A stretch of DNA of 62,857 bases, counting the filler, from Klebsormidium nitens (lineage: Eukaryota > Plantae > Klebsormidiophyceae): assembly GCA_000708835.1 (NCBI GenBank). It is 11 parts of 11 records of this genome, joined end to end, with 100 filler letters (N's around TTAATTAATTAA, not from the genome) between each part and the next. Parts side by side here need not be neighbours in the genome. Positions count along the whole stretch, not along the records: positions 51,796 to 62,857 come from DF238142.1; 10 more parts are not named here. One strand, given 5' to 3'. Within the stretch, counting starts at the first letter, position 1. Each line of letters opens with the position of its first letter. A program made the translations under genes and the position numbers. This document shows, one piece after another, positions 57,643 through 62,857 of this stretch. A model generated the notes under the pieces. The model saw only the letters and a program-made list of their open reading frames with translations. It made no database searches and was not told the DNA's origin.

Positions 57643-60600
57643 CTCCAAGCTTGCGAGGCGCACGGTTCAGCGCGGCCCCCGAAGCAAGAGTTCAAGTATA
57701 GCGTGCACGAGGTGCTGGAGGGGTTCTACTTGAGGGGGCTGGAAGCCAGGAGGGCATTTGGGAAGGCTTTTGGGTGCTTCTTGGAGAATCCCCCGGACGA
57801 CCTGAAGCCGAGTGTTGAGCTCTTGCGGAAGGACGGCGGATCCGACTACGTGTGGGACGGGTCCGTCTACGGGCGTCACCGGTGCTTCCGAATGCTCAGG
57901 TCCTCCAAGTTTGGGGACCGTCTTCGCTCCCTCATCCCCTCCGAGGGCAGCTCTGAGGCGATCGCTGACCACCTTGTTTGTCTTTACACGGAAGCGGAGC
58001 TGGCTGGTTCCACCGAGATCAGCGCCGACCTTCTCAGAGAGTGGGCGTCCGCGCGGCGCGACCCTCTTGCCCCGGCCCGCGTGGGGGCCTTCCGGCAGAG
58101 CGCGCTCGCCCTCGACGAGGCGAGCACCTCGGAGGGGCCCGGCGAGGACCTGAGCGCGCAAGAGCGCGCCATCCTCCTCGCCCGCTACCAGGAGGACCAC
58201 GCAGGGGCCGAGACCGGGTGGTGCAGGAGCGGCCGGGGCTTTTCTTCGTCCACTTTCGCGCGCCCCAGCCCACGTGTTGCATTGCGGGCAGGCGCCACAC
58301 GTCCCCAGGCAACCAGAACCCGTACGTGATCTACAAGCGAGACGAGCCGCGCATCGCCCGCTACCAGTGCTTTGCAAACAGTTGCAGGTAAGGCGCCCCA
58401 GTAGTGAGCTTGAAATCTGGAAAGCGCGCGGCATGGCTTGGCCGTCAATCTGCACATGTCGTTCTTTACACCCAATTCTATAAGGTGGTGCAGATTATCA
58501 AGCTCCCTTAAGCGGGTTGCCCGGGTTGCTTCCTTGAGTACGATTCTTTCAAAAACTATTTGAGAAAAAGGGGCCTGCGCTGCGACTTTCACACATGCCA
58601 AACCTTAGATGCAGATTGTCGAGCTCCTTACGCAGGGTCCGGTTCTAGCAACGGGTTTGGTTTCAGAGTGGGGTTGGTCCGAGCTCTTCAAAAAAAACAT
58701 CCGGCAGTATGCATGCATGTCGTTTCTACAGCAACATTGAAAGAGAATAGAATGACGAATTCTTTGAGTAGGGCTGGTCTCAAACGTTCGATTTTTGATT
58801 TGTGACCATTTCGTGCAGTCAGGCTGGCGCGTGCTAGGCTTGTTGTCGTGGGACCAATCCTGGGCATGAAGCCTGGCGCGCGCCAGGTCAGTTAGTGCAC
58901 TGCCACGCGCCCTGTTGGTTTGTGAGCCTGGCGCGCGCCAGGTATATTAGTCAGTCGGTCTGGTGCCCGTCTGGTTAGTTAGTCAGCTTGGCGCATATGC
59001 ACCAGACTTCGTGGATGGGCACAAAGCTTTGACACCAAACTTGGCGCGTCTCAGGTTGGTTAGTGAGCCTGGCGCGCGCCAGGTTGATTAGTTTGTCAGC
59101 ATGGCTTGTAACAAGCTTAATGCCCAGAACACCAAGTTTGGCATATGCCATCTGAATCAACATGTGAGCCTGGCGCGCGTCAGGTAGCAAGCCTGGCGCG
59201 CGTCGGATCTGTTAATGGAGGCTAGCGCTCTCCAGACTTGATGCTTTGGACACCAAGCTTGGCGCACGCCAGGTCAATTGAGCTGGCGCACGCCTGCTCA
59301 ATGATGCAGATTGGTTCACGTCAGACGAAGTGCTCAGTCACCAAGACTGGGCACACTGTCTGGTACGCGCCAGCTCAGTTTGTAGACATGGCGCAGGTAC
59401 TTGGTATGTTGTTGACTGCACCGTTCGCCCCATCTTTGCAGGGGCGAGTGCCGGGTGCTACCCCTGGATGTCCGCACCGCGCTGGGCTGGACAGACTCGG
59501 GACTACGAGGAGAATCTGAAGATGCGCCCTTACCCCGTCTTCGAGCTCGCCCGTCTTCGCAAACGCACCATCCTGGTGTCCGCCAAAAAGGGGGTCGGGA
59601 AGTCGAAGGGTTTCATGGAGTGGCTGGTGGCCATAGTAGTCAGGAGAAACCCCGGCCTCTCCTTCGTCCTGATCGGGGCCAACATCTCGCTGTCCCGCAA
59701 GTACCATCAAGATCTGGTGGACGCGGGCGTTCAAGGCGTGGTGCTGTACCTGGAGGCGCCCCCAGGGCCAATCACTGCCTCTCGTGCCGTGGTCTGCATC
59801 AACTCCATTCACCGCGTGCGCGCCAAAATGGACGTCGTGGCGTTGGACGAGATGGACATGGTGCTCACCAACCTCAACTCTGAGGTCATGAGCCAACGGG
59901 GCCGGGTGCTGTCCTGCTTGGAGGCGGCTGTGGCGGGGGCGAAAGTCGTCATCGGCATGGACGCCAACATCGACTGCGCGCGAGTGATGGAGTACCTCTT
60001 CATGGCGCGGCCGGATGGGGTCCTCCACACCATCCGGAACAGGGGCCTGTACCCGGCCAAGCGGCAAGCGACCATCCGGATCTTTCCGCCAGGGAGCGGG
60101 CTGCTCGACTGCATCGGCGCCGCAGTACGGGATGTGCTGGACAGGGTCGCTCGAGGCACGAAAGTCGTCGTGAGTTCTTCTTAAGATCCTCCTAGCACTA
60201 ACAAGCCTTAGCACAGCGCGCTCGATTTCATCCCTGTGCTCTTCTCAAGCACAATGAGAGAGCGTCTATGTCCAAGGTATAAGGCAAGCCATGCGTAGCA
60301 TCTTCTCTGCATATTCACCTTGTGGCTTTGGGGATAGGTGTAGCATGGAGCAGCTCTTTCTGTGCACTCCACCAATGATGCATCGGAGCCTAGTGGAAAC
60401 TGTCTTGCCAAACATTCATGACACGGTTTGTCTTCTGGGGCCGTTTTGGGGGGCAACTTTGGTGAAGGGCCAGTTCGGAGGATAGTTTTAGGGCCAGTTT
60501 TGATGAGCCTGAGAGTCGGTTTGGAGCCAGTTTCAAATTGAGTGTAGGCCAGTGCGAACGGGTCTCTGTAAGGAACGATCGCATCAGTCGCTTTTGCCTT

Positions 60601-62836
60601 AGGTCTTTACGTTCTAAAAAGCTGACGACCGTGCTCTCGACTCTTGTTGCGCAGTGCCCGTCGACCTCCAAGCGCTTCGTGAAACACCTCGAACACGATT
60701 TCAACGTCGAGAACCCACCCTCCGAGTCCGATCGACGCGGCGTTTTCCTGCACGCCGACAAGAGGTCGAAAGCCGACGAGGAGTTCTTCCAGAAGGCGAT
60801 GGCCGACCCTGACACCTACTTGGAAGCGGAGTGTGTGGCTTTTTCTCCAAAGCTCGGCCCAGGTGTTTCGAAAGAGAAGCCGTACGCTGAGGAGACGGTC
60901 GCCTTCGCCCTCAACAACCTCAACGGCCCCGCCTTTGAGACGCTGCTCCAGCAGCATGCTCGCTTCCGGACGGTCACTAACTCCACCATCTACTACAAGC
61001 AGGCGGTGAGCACTGCAGTGGACCTGCCGCGCTCTACAGAGGCGGTCTTTCAAGCCATCGAGCGGGACGACAAGCAGATCGTCAAGATGCTCGGCGACGC
61101 GGCCGGCTTCCAGTTCCTGAGGGGTTCGCAGGGCATCTGCGACCGCTCCTCGGCGAGCTGCGTCTTGTACGCAAACAACATTCTGGCCAAGGTGGAAAGC
61201 TATCTGGAGTACGTGCCGAAGCTGAAGGCCGACCTCGAAAAGCAGGGCTACGAGGTGACGGTCGAGCACGTCGAGCCAACGTTGAGACTGCCGAGTAGTG
61301 AGGCGAAACCTGAAAAGCGCCCGGCATGGCTCGGTCGACAATCTGCACAGGTTGTTCTTTATAATCAAGTCTATTAGGTGGTGCACACAGATTGTCAAGC
61401 CCCTCAGGTGGCCCTTACAGTTGCAATGATCAACTAGTAGGCTTGAGTAGGGTTAAGCTAATGGACTGCTTTTGGGCCGCGGTCAGCATGATCTCGGGGC
61501 AAGGTCAGGCTGGTTTGGTGTTTGCTGTGGGCATTGGTTTTGGTCGGGTGTGGGCTTGGGTTTGGGGCACGGTCAAGCTGTTTTGGGGTGGGGCTTCAGG
61601 CTGATTTGTGGCCGCGGTGAGGCTGGTTCCGAAATTGCTGTGGGTCTGGTTCCGGGGCAGGTTTTGGGGCCGTTAACGAGCAGACTTGGGTGCGCAGTCA
61701 GGCTGATTTTGAAAGCGCGTTTAGGCTGGTTCGAGTCTGCCGTGGCCTGGATTTGGGACTACTTTTGGAGCCGCGATCAAGTTGGTCTTTGAGGCGCGGT
61801 CAGGCTGGTTCTGGTGCGGTGCGTAGTCTGGTTCCGGATTTGCTGAGCCTGGTTTGGCGGATGTTTTTGAGGTCCTTAGAACTTGCAGAGCATAACGTCT
61901 TTTGAGGAGTCGAGATTTAGGGCTCACCCCGCCACCGGACTGTGTTTGCTCCCGTGGAATGATCGGACGTCCCACCATTTCCTTTCCAGGACGGCGTCGG
62001 GAGCCCGCCCCCGGAGGTGCCCCTCGGCTTCGACGCGGAGCCGGAGCTCCTGACCGCCGAAGAGTGGCGAGCAAAGTACATCATCAGCTCGGAGCAGTAC
62101 GAGATCCTGTGCGAAAGGCCTGAGAACCTGAGCCCAAAGGAGCAGCTCCAGGAGTTTCTGTTCGAGATGGTCACGAAGGAGTACAAGGTCGACCCCAGCC
62201 GGGTTGATCACGACTTCTACACCCGCTTTTGCGCTGACGAGGACGAGGCGAAGGCGACAAGAGAGGCCCACGCAAACTATCTCAGGTAGGCGCCTCATTT
62301 CCCAGCTGTGCCCCGTCTCTGAAGCAAGAATCGTAGCCCTCTTGCCGCCATCCACTTCTGTCCAAAGTGAACGATTAGTGAACTCCAAGTCTGCAGCATT
62401 TGTCCAGGGCCAAGGTTTCCGCTCATCATTCTTCTTCAGCGGCAATGACGTCGTACGTCCGAAGTCTCATTTTGCTACCCCTCTGACCCTTCTCGTGACT
62501 TGCAGGTTTCGTGAGCACCGCTTCGATGCCCTCGTCGCGGACCTGGACAGAGCACGTGGGCATGCCAACGAGGAGGGCGTGGTTCAGGAGTCCGTTCAGG
62601 AAATGCGCGACCCTGCCAGCCGTGTGCCGTTTGCGGTGCGCGTGCTTGCCTTTCTCGTTGAATGCAGGGAGGAGCAGCTGAATCATGAGGCGGAGCGGTG
62701 GGAGGTCTCGGATGAGCGCGTTCAGGCTGCCTATGCGGAGCACATCGGGCCCAGCAAGACCCGGTTGAAGACCATCTTCAACCTGTATTGCTTTGTGCAG
62801 CAGACCTCCAGACCCTCGCAGGCTGCCAATGGAAAG
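57643..62836 (+). pseudogene. Spliced AEP/PrimPol primase - UL52-type zinc finger - UL9-like SF2 helicase fusion gene, disrupted; continues past the window end
   Basis: Exon 57643-58387: KYSVH, WDGSVYGRHRCFRMLRSSKFG, CCIAGRRH..N...YQCFANSC. Exon 59442-60169: MRPY, SAKKGVGKS, VALDE, GMDAN, GTKVV. Exon from 60655 to about 61254: CPSTSK, FSPKLGPGVS, QQHARFR. Exons 61990-62285 and 62506-62836. Frameshifts near 58210 and 59490. Confidence 0.85.
58820..59310. repeat. Intronic array of palindromic CCTGGCGCGCGCCAGG motifs
   Basis: Perfect 16-bp palindromes at 58872, 58927 and 59068; about 6-7 degenerate copies nearby. Confidence 0.88.
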
Positions 62837-62857
62837 GTGAGGGAGAAGAAAGCTCGG

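Noticed and set aside
1-62857. Reading KDZ, JmjC, D5 helicase, Copia and primase-helicase as one giant integrated element or gene cluster
   Set aside because: They lie on different contigs joined by artificial spacers; only within-contig adjacency is meaningful.

Overview
This window is not one continuous locus. It is 11 short contigs joined by artificial 100-bp spacers (N-run + TTAATTAATTAA + N-run), so adjacency across spacers carries no biological meaning. Contigs: 1-1511, 1612-3979, 4080-7504, 7605-9906, 10007-15067, 15168-22001, 22102-26646, 26747-30016, 30117-32983, 33084-51695, 51796-62857. The DNA is nuclear DNA of a green-lineage eukaryote, probably a streptophyte/green alga (inferred from GT-AG introns, plastid-protein genes and a plant-type tRNA-iMet PBS). 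Contig 33084-51695 is ordinary host DNA with intron-rich genes for a LETM1-like protein, thylakoid lumen pentapeptide protein TL20.3, nucleoporin NUP43 and plastid kinase ABC1K1/PGR6. The other contigs are repeat/mobile-element DNA: a Ty1/Copia element with an intact 5' LTR and a Drosophila-copia-type PBS, a decayed Copia, and a Gypsy fragment. They also carry a KDZ-type transposase beside a JmjN/JmjC demethylase-like gene and a D5-like (SF3) helicase with a primase-type zinc finger. Top leads: (1) a spliced but damaged gene fusing an AEP/PrimPol primase, a UL52-type zinc finger and a UL9-like SF2 helicase; (2) inserted into it, a miniature LTR element whose LTR-PBS junction assembles a split tRNA-like Pol III promoter, with a predicted transcript whose ends base-pair; (3) the KDZ transposase + JmjC pairing. 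All family assignments are from motif recognition by eye, not database searches.
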